Positions 15,564 through 22,864 of a DNA stretch of 32,000 nucleotides are shown piece after piece. The first letter of the stretch is position 1; the number at the start of each line of letters is the position of its first letter. The stretch lies in contig CP013062.1 of NCBI GenBank assembly GCA_001430755.1, positions 630,001 to 662,000 on the forward strand, read 5' to 3'. The DNA is from Candidatus Peribacter riflensis. GTDB taxonomy: Bacteria; Patescibacteriota; Gracilibacteria; Peribacterales; Peribacteraceae. The position numbers were made by a program, and so were the translations under genes. The notes below the pieces were generated by a model. It saw only the letters and a list, made by a program, of their open reading frames with translations. It ran no database searches and was not told where the DNA came from.

Positions 15564-15575
15564 TTCAATACCCCT

Positions 15576-16490
15576 TTATCTCTGCAAATAACTAAACACC
15601 CCGGAAACAGCCACCGCCCCCTCCCCCGCCGCCGTCACGAATTGGGCGAAGTGATTGCTGGCGCCCGAGACATCCCCCGCGGCAAAGGCGCCGGGAACAG
15701 AGGTCTGCTGTGCAGCATCCACCTTGAGGTATCCGCGTTCATCCAAGGCACAGCCGAGGGATTGCGCCATCTCGACGGCCGGGGTCGCGCCGATCTCGAC
15801 GAACACGCCGTCCACCGCCAGGCGATCAGACCCTTCGAAGGGCTGGTCGAGCACGAGTGCCGTCACCTTCGCATCGCCGGTGATCTCCCTCACTTGTCGT
15901 TCGAGGACGAACGTCACATTGGTCTTCTCTTTGAGCTTCTCGACCCAGTACGGCTCGGCCTTGAACTCTTTGCGCCGGTGGATCACGTAGAGCTTCTTCG
16001 TCACCTGAGCCACGATAGCTGCTCCTTCCACGGCCGCATCCCCTCCCCCCACCACGGCGACGGTCTTGCCCTTGAAGAAGAATGCATCGCACGTGGCGCA
16101 GTACGAAACCCCCTTGCCGGCGAACTCCTTCTCGCCCTTCACATTGAGATGACGCTTGTTGGACCCCGTCGCAAAAATGACAGTCTTGGCCTCCTCCGCC
16201 TTGCCATCGGTGAACGTCAGCCGAAACCCGTCCTTCGTCTTTTCGACCTTCGCGACGCGCGTCTGCCTCAGTGTCACTTCCGAAAAACTCACCGCGTGCT
16301 TCTTCATCCGCTCCATCAGCTCCGGCCCCGTCACTTCGATGTCGCCCGGCCAGTTGCCCACTTCGGCAGCCGTATTGCCCATGCCGCCTTCCTCCTCGCC
16401 GACAAGGAGCGTCGTGAGTTTGTAGCGCGCCGCGTAGATCGCGGCGGTGTACCCGGCGGCCCCGAGGCCGATAATGGCAGTGTCGAACAT
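15576..16490 (-). CDS. trxB: Thioredoxin-disulfide reductase
   Basis: GLGAAGYTAAIYAARY (FAD), redox CATCDAFFF, VVGGGDAAVEGA (NADPH) and GDVSG motifs. A TTGGGG-17-TATCAT promoter lies 9 nt from the ATG. Confidence 0.9.
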   Translation of the reverse strand: MFDTAIIGLGAAGYTAAIYAARYKLTTLLVGEEEGGMGNTAAEVGNWPGDIEVTGPELMERMKKHAVSFSEVTLRQTRVAKVEKTKDGFRLTFTDGKAEEAKTVIFATGSNKRHLNVKGEKEFAGKGVSYCATCDAFFFKGKTVAVVGGGDAAVEGAAIVAQVTKKLYVIHRRKEFKAEPYWVEKLKEKTNVTFVLERQVREITGDAKVTALVLDQPFEGSDRLAVDGVFVEIGATPAVEMAQSLGCALDERGYLKVDAAQQTSVPGAFAAGDVSGASNHFAQFVTAAGEGAVAVSGVFSYLQR

Positions 16491-16538
16491 AGTGCTGCCA
16501 TGATACTCGATTTGTCTGCTCTCCCCAAACCGGCACGC

Positions 16539-16570
16539 AAAAAATGCCTGCCGTCGTCATGACGGCAGGC
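16539..16570 (-). terminator. Rho-independent terminator (GCCTGCCGTC-loop-GACGGCAGGC + T6 on the minus strand) after the RTX gene
   Basis: 10-bp perfect stem at 16546-16570, followed on the minus strand by ATTTTTT (16545-16539). Confidence 0.6.
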
Positions 16571-16628
16571 GGATGCTCATTACATCAGGCACTTCTCTCT
16601 CCCGGGCATCCTGCCCGGAAGGCATGTA

Positions 16629-17651
16629 CTAGCTCAGAAGCGGCGGAAGGAGCACCACGTCGATGCGGTACCCCGCCTCCGTCAGCTGCCGATCGGCCTC
16701 GACATCGATGTGTACCGAATGGATATCCGGCACCTCGATGCGGAGATGCGAAGCGAACAGGTGCAGCCCGTGATCGACGCCGTCGATGGTGACGTTCACA
16801 GGAACGCGACCCAGCGGATCACAGAAGGAGGAAGCCGAGAGGACCAGGGAGTGTCCGCGCAGCAACCAGTACTCCCCTGCCGGATCGTACTGCTGGTCGG
16901 CCACGCAGAAATCTGCGGGAACCGGCACCGGATCCGGGTAGGGAGCGGGCGTGTGGTACAGGGCCTCAAAGTAGAGGTCGTGGATCCACGCCACGTTGTC
17001 GGGCACCACGATGTCGATCTTCTCGAACCCGTAGTAGTCGGCTGCGCCACAGCCAGCGTCCAGGTAATCCTGAACACCGTCCGCGTACGCCCCACCGTCG
17101 ATCAGGTTGCCCGAGAGGACATCCACGCCCTCTCCACCCCACAGGGTATCGCGGCCCGTGCCACCCAGAAGCCAGTCATGACCGGCTTCACCCCAGAGCT
17201 CGTCGCTCTGGTTGCCACCCAGGATGTAGTCGTTGCCCGACTCACCCGTGATGTGGTTGGGATAGTCGCGGGCGCCGAACACTGCGGTGTCGAGGTAGCC
17301 ACCCCAGCACCAGAATTCGGCTTGCAGCTGTGTGGCGTCGATCTGGGCAGGTCCCCAGTAGCCGGCCACCGCCAGCGCAGAGATCTCCACCGGGGCTTCG
17401 TAGGTTTGCACCCGCGTTTGCCCGACGGCGTTGATGTTCTCGACCGTAAGATCGGCGAGCCCATCCTGATCGCTGTCACCGAAGGTGATCGGACCGTGGC
17501 CTTCGACCGATATCCACGCATCACTGACTGTTCCTGTGTCTTGCGCAGCGATCCACACACGGAACCAGTCGACCGAGAGCATCATCCGTTGCTCCAGAGA
17601 TTCGAAACGCAGAAGGCATCCGGTCTTCTGCGCGAATGTAGAAACACGCAT
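16629..17651 (-). CDS. Secreted RTX (hemolysin-type Ca-binding repeat) protein with N-terminal LRFESLEQRMMLS motif
   Basis: GESGNDYILGGNQSDELWGEAGHDWLLGGTGRDTLWGGEGVDVLSGN forms tandem GGxGxD nonapeptides. The ORF-track start is GTG at 17657; ATG is at 17651. Confidence 0.7.
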   Translation of the reverse strand: MRVSTFAQKTGCLLRFESLEQRMMLSVDWFRVWIAAQDTGTVSDAWISVEGHGPITFGDSDQDGLADLTVENINAVGQTRVQTYEAPVEISALAVAGYWGPAQIDATQLQAEFWCWGGYLDTAVFGARDYPNHITGESGNDYILGGNQSDELWGEAGHDWLLGGTGRDTLWGGEGVDVLSGNLIDGGAYADGVQDYLDAGCGAADYYGFEKIDIVVPDNVAWIHDLYFEALYHTPAPYPDPVPVPADFCVADQQYDPAGEYWLLRGHSLVLSASSFCDPLGRVPVNVTIDGVDHGLHLFASHLRIEVPDIHSVHIDVEADRQLTEAGYRIDVVLLPPLLS

Positions 17652-17928
17652 CCTCACGAATTGTTCCTGACACGCTCAACAACACATCCTCGTTCTTTCC
17701 CATGAAACCCTGGTACGGCCTATTCATCCTCCTTTCAAAGAGAAATGCCGTCGATTGAAATGAGCGAGTTCCCATGAACCCCCTTGAAACCTCATTGCAA
17801 TCCAGAGCTCACAGCAGATTATTTTACAATTATTTATATATTCGTCAATTATTCATCTATTCGAATACACAGCCCTCACTCAACCCATCCCACCGCCCGC
17901 TGGCAACGTACGGCGGTATACTGGCTGT

Positions 17929-18588
17929 ATGGCCCGTCTGCCCTTCCACTCACGTACGGAAGCCGGCAAGGAACTCGCCGGGCTGCTGCGCTCGTACGCC
18001 GGCAAGAAGGACACGCTGATCCTCGCCCTCGTCCGCGGCGGCGTGGTGGTAGGAAGGGCCCTGGCCGATGCCCTCAGGCTCCCGATATTCCCGTACGTGG
18101 TTCGCAAGCTCGGACATCCTGCCCACCGCGAGTACGCCCTGGGGGCGATTGCGGAGGGAGGCGGAACCTCTCTCGATGAGGAAGCCATGCGCATGAGCGG
18201 CATCACATGGGAAGACATGGAACCGATCATCGAGGAGGAGACAGCGGAATTGAAGCGCCGCAAAGAGTCGTACGCCGTACACACCCGACCTGCATTGAAA
18301 GGCAAAGTGATCCTTCTGGTGGATGACGGTGCGGCCACGGGCGCAACTCTCTTCGCCGCCATCGAGGATCTGCGCACGGCCAAGGTGAAGAAGATTGTCG
18401 TGGCGCTCCCCGTGAGCCCGCCGGATACCGCCGTGAAGCTCACAGAGAAGGTGGATGATGTCGTTGTGCTGTCGGCCCCCGATCCCTTCGAAGCCGTGGG
18501 ACGGTGGTACCGGGCATTCCCCCAAGTGGAGGATGAGGAGGTCATGCAACTGCTCGCTTCCGGGCCGGGGACGAAAGCAGTAAGATAA
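17929..18588 (+). CDS. Type I phosphoribosyltransferase-domain protein (COG1926-like)
   Basis: 219 aa. PRPP-binding loop VILLVDDGAATGATL, preceded by LALVRGGVVVG. TATACT (17917-17922) lies 6 nt upstream of the ATG. Confidence 0.75.
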   Translation: MARLPFHSRTEAGKELAGLLRSYAGKKDTLILALVRGGVVVGRALADALRLPIFPYVVRKLGHPAHREYALGAIAEGGGTSLDEEAMRMSGITWEDMEPIIEEETAELKRRKESYAVHTRPALKGKVILLVDDGAATGATLFAAIEDLRTAKVKKIVVALPVSPPDTAVKLTEKVDDVVVLSAPDPFEAVGRWYRAFPQVEDEEVMQLLASGPGTKAVR

Positions 18589-18594
18589 GGATGT

Positions 18595-18680
18595 GCCGGA
18601 GTGGCGGAATTGGTAGACGCGCACGACTCAAAATCGTGTGCCGCAAGGCGTTGAGGGTTCGATTCCCTCCTCCGGCACCA
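18595..18680 (+). tRNA. tRNA-Leu (anticodon CAA), long variable arm, CCA encoded
   Basis: GCCGGAG-TG-GCGG..-CACGA-CTCAAAA-TCGTG-TGCCGCAAGGCGT-GAGGG-TTCGATT-CCCTC-CTCCGGC-A-CCA. Confidence 0.9.
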
Positions 18681-18725
18681 TTCGTCGGCCCTTTGGGCCT
18701 CCTCATGGCAAGCCATGGTATGCCA
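18681..18725 (+). repeat. Variant copy of the dispersed tRNA-associated motif (TTCG / GGCCC-TTT-GGGCC / ..GGCAAGCC)
   Basis: ttcgtcGGCCCtttGGGCCtcctcatGGCAAGCCatggtatgcc, immediately after the tRNA-Leu CCA. Confidence 0.55.
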
Positions 18726-18727
18726 TC

Positions 18728-18949
18728 TCACTGCGACTGCCCATCCTCCTCCATCAGCCGCAGGACCGCGTACACCTTGGCCGCCGTTTCATGAGGGCCC
18801 TGCCCCAGACGGCGGCATACTTCCTGCACGATATCGTACCTGCGCATACAGCCGACACCGGAACACGGTATCTGCCCGGCGTGAATATCCGCATCGACAG
18901 CGCGGATAAGATCGGCGATCTGCTGCTGCTCCGGAGGGAGAGAAATCAT
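18728..18949 (-). CDS. Hypothetical 73-aa protein
   Basis: ATG-initiated ORF (MISLPPEQQQIADLIRAVDADIHAGQIPCSGVGCMRRYDIVQEVCRRLG...). No family recognised; the composition is plausible for a real protein. Confidence 0.35.
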   Translation of the reverse strand: MISLPPEQQQIADLIRAVDADIHAGQIPCSGVGCMRRYDIVQEVCRRLGQGPHETAAKVYAVLRLMEEDGQSQ

Positions 18950-19050
18950 ACAGATGTTTTAGCACTCCCGGTGATCAGCGCAAACCCCCTTATTTCTCAA
19001 GGGAATATCCACCACACAAGCCACGGGCCCCGCTATGATGGGGTCTCCCG

Positions 19051-20520
19051 ATGAAGCAGTACTCCTCCTTCATTTTCGATTCCTATGCCTTCGATTCGGA
19101 GGCGGGAACCATCGAGCTCCGCTACGCGCTGGATGATGAGACATTCTTCACCGAGACCCTGCTCCTGCCCAAAGACTATCAGCTGCAAGCTCCAAGTGCG
19201 CAGCAGGATGCGGCACTCGCGGCGCTGCACCTGATCGGCGGCATCAGTTACTACAAAACCTGTTTGCCGAAGAAGATTACAATAAATGATTCCGCTACTT
19301 CTCTCCCCGCCGGGGAGAGACCGAGTGAGGGGGACATACGAAGAAAACCTTTGACCCAAGAACAAGCTGACTTCTGGAACACGGTGTACACGAAAGGCCT
19401 CGGAGAATTCTTCTTCAAGAACCAGATCGACTTCCGAAATCTCATCAATTTCCCGTCTTCACCCCTCACCCCAGCCCTCTCCCCACGGGAGAGGGTGGCG
19501 CAAAGCGCCGGGAGAGGGGCTCGTCTCTTAGTCCCCATCGGCGGCGGCAAAGATTCGACCGTCACCATTGAGCTCCTCAAGAGAGCGGGATACGACATCA
19601 CGCTCTTCCGTATCGGCAGACACCCGCTCATCGAGGAAACCGCGAAAACCGCAGGGCTCCCCCTGCTCACCGTGGAACGCCACCTGGCTCCGGAACTTTT
19701 CAAACTGAATGCGGAGGGCGCCTTGAACGGCCATGTGCCCATCACCGCATATCTCTCGTTCCTGAGCGTTGTGATCGCCGAGCTCTACGGATTCCACGCC
19801 GTCGTGATGAGCAACGAACGGAGCGCCAGCGAGGGCAATGTGGACTACCTGGGCAGCCAGATCAACCATCAGTGGAGCAAGAGTCTGGAATGTGAACGCC
19901 TGCTCCGGCAGTACATGGAAGGGATTGGCAGCGGCGTGCAGTACTTCAGCCTGCTGCGGCCGTTGAGCGAACTCTCCATTCTGAAAACGTTCTCCACCCT
20001 CCCGCAATATTTCTCCTGCATAACGAGCTGCAATACCAACTGGAAAATCGCCTCTTCACGATTGCCGAGTTCCCGAGTTCCCGAGTTCCCTCCCCCTCCT
20101 GTGCAGGGAAATAGGGAAATAGGGAAAGCGGGAGAACGAAATCGCTGGTGTGGCACATGCCCCAAGTGCGCGTTCGCCTTCACACTCTTCGCCGCGTTCC
20201 TGCCGAAGAAGACACTCCTGGAGATCTTCGGGAAGAATCTGTTCGATGCAGAGGCTCTGCAGCCATTCTTCCGTCAACTCCTCGGCCTCGAGGGCTTCAA
20301 GCCGTTCGAGTGCGTGGGCACGCCGGAGGAAACGTCCGCCGCTTTCCTGCTCGCACAGGAGCGGGGCGATCTCACGGATACGAAAGCCATGCAGATCTTT
20401 CTGCAGGAGGTGAAGCCAAAGATCAAGGATGCGAAGACACTGATCGCCTCGGTGCTGGAACCGGGCGACGAGCACTGCATCCCCGAACAATTCCACTCAG
20501 CACTTCCCTCAATCCCTTAG
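19051..20520 (+). CDS. PP-loop ATPase-like protein, candidate UDP-MurNAc-L-Ala-L-Glu epimerase (MurL-like), carrying three in-frame repeat modules
   Basis: 489 aa. LLVPIGGGKDSTV (PP-loop-like SGGxDS), a conserved-looking WCGTCPKCAF block, and a position immediately upstream of murD. The MurL assignment comes from remembered family features and synteny, not a search. Confidence 0.55.
   Translation: MKQYSSFIFDSYAFDSEAGTIELRYALDDETFFTETLLLPKDYQLQAPSAQQDAALAALHLIGGISYYKTCLPKKITINDSATSLPAGERPSEGDIRRKPLTQEQADFWNTVYTKGLGEFFFKNQIDFRNLINFPSSPLTPALSPRERVAQSAGRGARLLVPIGGGKDSTVTIELLKRAGYDITLFRIGRHPLIEETAKTAGLPLLTVERHLAPELFKLNAEGALNGHVPITAYLSFLSVVIAELYGFHAVVMSNERSASEGNVDYLGSQINHQWSKSLECERLLRQYMEGIGSGVQYFSLLRPLSELSILKTFSTLPQYFSCITSCNTNWKIASSRLPSSRVPEFPPPPVQGNREIGKAGERNRWCGTCPKCAFAFTLFAAFLPKKTLLEIFGKNLFDAEALQPFFRQLLGLEGFKPFECVGTPEETSAAFLLAQERGDLTDTKAMQIFLQEVKPKIKDAKTLIASVLEPGDEHCIPEQFHSALPSIP
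19300..19334 (+). repeat. GC hairpin module TCTCTCCCC-GCC-GGGGAGAGA + CCGAGTGAGGGGGA, in frame in the MurL-like CDS
   Basis: Perfect 9-bp stem at 19300-19320. Encodes ..SLPAGERPSEGD.. Confidence 0.85.
19459..19520 (+). repeat. GC hairpin module (CACCCCTCACCCC, CCCTCTCCC-CAC-GGGAGAGGG, GGCGC-AAA-GCGCC, GGGAGAGGGG), in frame in the MurL-like CDS
   Basis: Perfect 9-bp stem at 19475-19495 and 5-bp stem at 19497-19509. Encodes SSPLTPALSPRERVAQSAGRGA, directly before the PP-loop. Confidence 0.85.
20065..20137 (+). repeat. Octamer arrays in inverted arrangement (CCGAGTTC x3; GGGAAATA x2, GGGAAAGC, GGGAGAAC), in frame in the MurL-like CDS
   Basis: Read directly. Encodes SSRVPEFPPPPVQGNREIGKAGERN, just before WCGTCPKC. 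Confidence 0.9.
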
Positions 20521-20568
20521 TCCTTCGTCCTTCGTCCTCTGTCCTCAGTGCTCTATCCTCCGCCCCTC
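20505..20568 (+). repeat. One-armed pyrimidine-rich heptamer array (TTAGTCC, TTCGTCC x2, TCTGTCC ...) filling the murL-like/murD junction up to ATG 20569
   Basis: cttccctcaatcccttagtccttcgtccttcgtcctctgtcctcagtgctctatcctccgcccctc-ATG. The upstream stop TAG (20518-20520) is part of a unit. Confidence 0.9.
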
Positions 20569-21909
20569 ATGCACATCCGCGACCTCAGCGGCAAATCGAT
20601 CTGCATTCTCGGCTACGGCCGTGAGGGACAAGCCATGCTCAAGGCGCTGGAGGAGCACGCGCCCGGCTGCGAGATCACGGTCGCGGACCAGGATGCGGCA
20701 ATCACGCTCCCGAAGGGATCTCGCCACTGGTTGCAGGTGGGAGATGGCTGGCTCAAAAACCTCGACAAGTTCGACGTATTGATCAAATCGCCCGGCATTC
20801 CGCCACATCCGGTGCTCGAAGCCTACCGCTCTGCACTCATCTCACCCACCCAGATCTTCTTCGATTCCATTCGAGACTCGGGAGCCATGGTCATTGGAGT
20901 GACCGGTTCAAAAGGAAAAAGCACGACGGCCAGTCTTCTGTACCACATCCTCCAAACAAGCCAACCAGCCCACCAGCCAACCAGCCGCATTCTCCTCGTC
21001 GGCAACATCGGCGAGCCCGCCATCGCGCACCTGAAGGACGCAGCCCCCGGGACGACCTGTGGTGAGCGCAGTCGAACCATCTTCGTGATGGAGATGAGCA
21101 GCTACCAGCTCATGGATCTCACAACAAGCCCGCACCTCGCCGTCGTGACCTCGTTCTTCCCCGAGCACCTGGACTATCATGGATCGGTGGAAGCCTACGG
21201 AGAAGCGAAGAAACACATCGCGCGCTTTCAGACCAAAGAGGACACGGTGTTCTTCATGGCTGATTCGGCAGGGACGCTCGAGATCGCCAAAGAGAGCCGC
21301 GGAAAGCGCATCCCCTTCTCTGCAGCGGACACTCCGGTGGCGATCGGCGAGACACAGCTCATCGGCACGCACAACCTCGGCAACATTGCAGCCGCCTTCC
21401 TCGTCAGTCAGGAGCTTGGAGTTGAAAAAGAGATCGCCGTTGCAGCGATCCGCTCGTTCACTCCCCTGCCCCATCGCCTGCAGAGCCTGGGCATCAAGCA
21501 CGACATCGAATGGGTGGATGATTCTATTTCCACAACGCCGCAGTCAGCCATCGCCGCGCTCGATGCGCTGGGAGACCGCGTGGCGACGATCATCCTCGGC
21601 GGCTTAGACCGCGGCTACGACTTCAGCCCCCTCGCAGAGCGCCTCACACAATCGACAGTACAAACGGTGATTCTTCTTCCCGAGAGCGGAAAGCGAATTG
21701 GAGAAGCCCTGAAGAAAGCCACGGCCCACGCTCAGATCTGCGAGGCGAAGAACATGGAAGAAGCCGTCACTCTCGCAAAGCAGCACACCCGAAGTCCGAT
21801 TCCCGATTCCCGATTCCCAATCGTATTGCTTTCCCCCGCCTCCCCCAGTTACGGGCACTTCAAGAACTTCGAAGACCGGGGGGAGCAATTCGCTCGTGCT
21901 GCGCAGTAA
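20569..21909 (+). CDS. murD: UDP-N-acetylmuramoyl-L-alanine--glutamate ligase (MurD; possibly MurD2 type)
   Basis: ILGYGREGQA, GVTGSKGKSTTASLL (P-loop), MEMSSYQL, GTHNLGNIAAA, DDSISTTPQSAIAAL and LLSPASPSYGHFKNFEDRGEQF motifs. The ORF-track start at 20548 is GTG inside the array; ATG is at 20569. Confidence 0.85.
   Translation: MHIRDLSGKSICILGYGREGQAMLKALEEHAPGCEITVADQDAAITLPKGSRHWLQVGDGWLKNLDKFDVLIKSPGIPPHPVLEAYRSALISPTQIFFDSIRDSGAMVIGVTGSKGKSTTASLLYHILQTSQPAHQPTSRILLVGNIGEPAIAHLKDAAPGTTCGERSRTIFVMEMSSYQLMDLTTSPHLAVVTSFFPEHLDYHGSVEAYGEAKKHIARFQTKEDTVFFMADSAGTLEIAKESRGKRIPFSAADTPVAIGETQLIGTHNLGNIAAAFLVSQELGVEKEIAVAAIRSFTPLPHRLQSLGIKHDIEWVDDSISTTPQSAIAALDALGDRVATIILGGLDRGYDFSPLAERLTQSTVQTVILLPESGKRIGEALKKATAHAQICEAKNMEEAVTLAKQHTRSPIPDSRFPIVLLSPASPSYGHFKNFEDRGEQFARAAQ
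20957..20988 (+). repeat. Octamer array CCAACCAG / CCCACCAG / CCAACCAG, in frame in murD
   Basis: Three 8-nt units (24 nt) encoding QPAHQPTS, just after the P-loop helix. Confidence 0.85.
21058..21081 (+). repeat. In-frame fragment related to the 30949-31017 hairpin element (TGGTGAGC-nnn-GTCGAACCAT)
   Basis: tgtGGTGAGCgcaGTCGAACCATc compared with catGGTGAGCtctGTCGAACCATg at 30956-30978. Encodes CGERSRTI in murD. Confidence 0.6.
21791..21823 (+). repeat. Heptamer array GAAGTCC + GATTCCC x3, in frame in murD
   Basis: Read directly. Encodes RSPIPDSRFPI, just before the conserved LLSPA..S block. Confidence 0.9.
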
Positions 21910-21940
21910 TTGACAAATATAGATAATAATGTATTATAAT
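21910..21940 (+). promoter_or_regulatory. Near-consensus promoter TTGACA-16-TATTAT (overlapping TATAAT) for the 21946 ORF
   Basis: TTGACA at 21910-21915, TATTAT at 21932-21937 and TATAAT at 21935-21940. The ATG at 21946 lies 5-8 nt downstream. Confidence 0.5.
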
Positions 21941-21945
21941 TACAT

Positions 21946-22245
21946 ATGGAATCGAGCGACCTGAGACATTTTTTGACGGCGGCATGTGCCGCGGCCGCGG
22001 TGGGCACCGGACCGCTCACGCCCGAGAATGAGCAGCGCGCACAGCGGGTGGCTCACGCGTATTTCGACCTCCACCAGGGCAATCATGCGGGGCTGAATCT
22101 GGTCACGCAGGAAATCTCCCAGCTGAAAGCAAAAGATCCTGCCAGAAATCCTGAGGCGAGCCAGGCGCTCCATGTGATCACCGAAACACTGCACTACTGC
22201 AAAGCAGTCCTCCCTCCGGCGGACTTCGGTCACGACGCCGCCTGA
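21946..22245 (+). CDS. Hypothetical 99-aa protein
   Basis: ATG ORF behind the strongest promoter-like sequence in the window. No family recognised. Its 3' end overlaps the grpE 3' end by 16 nt. Confidence 0.5.
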   Translation: MESSDLRHFLTAACAAAAVGTGPLTPENEQRAQRVAHAYFDLHQGNHAGLNLVTQEISQLKAKDPARNPEASQALHVITETLHYCKAVLPPADFGHDAA

Positions 22246-22745
22246 CCCCCATCCCCCACTCGCACCTTCGCCGGCCGGAGCACTTTTCCGTTGAACACGT
22301 AGCCTTCTTCAAAGACCTCGATCACCTTTCCCTGCTCTCCCGGACCGGTCTGCAGCACTTCATGCTGAGTGGGATCGAGCACCGCACCGAGTGACTCCAT
22401 TTTCTGCAGGCCCAGATCCGTTACCTGGCGCACGAGCTCCTGTTCGATCGCCGCCACCCCCTTCACCCAATCATGGTCCTTCAGATCCGCCGGCAGGTGC
22501 GTGAATGCGCGCTGGAAGTTATCGATGGTGGGCAGCAGACGCCGGAGTGTTCCTTCGAGGGCGAACTTCGATACATCCTGCCGCTCCCGCTCCAGCCGGT
22601 CCTTGGCGTTCTGCAGATCCGCCTGCGCGCGGCCTGCCATATCTTTGAGCTGCGCCGACTCTCTGCGCAGGGCATCCGCTTCCGCGCGGAGCGCAATGAG
22701 CTCGGGGGACTCTTTGGCCGGTTCCGGTTTCTTGTGAGTCGCCAT
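22230..22745 (-). CDS. grpE: Nucleotide exchange factor GrpE
   Basis: Coiled-coil N-terminus (LRAEADALRRESAQLKD..DLQNAKDRLERERQD), then LLPTIDNFQRA and a C-terminal beta domain (HEVLQ..G.VIEVFEEGY.FNGKVLRPAKV). ATG is at 22745. Confidence 0.85.
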   Translation of the reverse strand: MATHKKPEPAKESPELIALRAEADALRRESAQLKDMAGRAQADLQNAKDRLERERQDVSKFALEGTLRRLLPTIDNFQRAFTHLPADLKDHDWVKGVAAIEQELVRQVTDLGLQKMESLGAVLDPTQHEVLQTGPGEQGKVIEVFEEGYVFNGKVLRPAKVRVGDGGQAAS

Positions 22746-22864
22746 GAACAAATACATCGTACTGAAACCTGCATCGGTTTCACAAGAGAAGGTGCGACAT
22801 TGAGGATCGAATGGAGCGGCGCGGATTCTGGAAGATGCGCCAGACAAATGGTAGAGTCCGGCAC

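Noticed and set aside
15246-16562. 438-aa + strand ORF
   Set aside because: It is antisense to rpmG and trxB. It crosses an intergenic repeat array and a terminator.
16710-17705. 331-aa + strand ORF
   Set aside because: It is antisense to the RTX-repeat gene. The GGxGxD repeats are present only on the minus-strand frame.
17880-18731. 283-aa minus-strand ORF
   Set aside because: It is antisense to the phosphoribosyltransferase gene and runs straight through tRNA-Leu.
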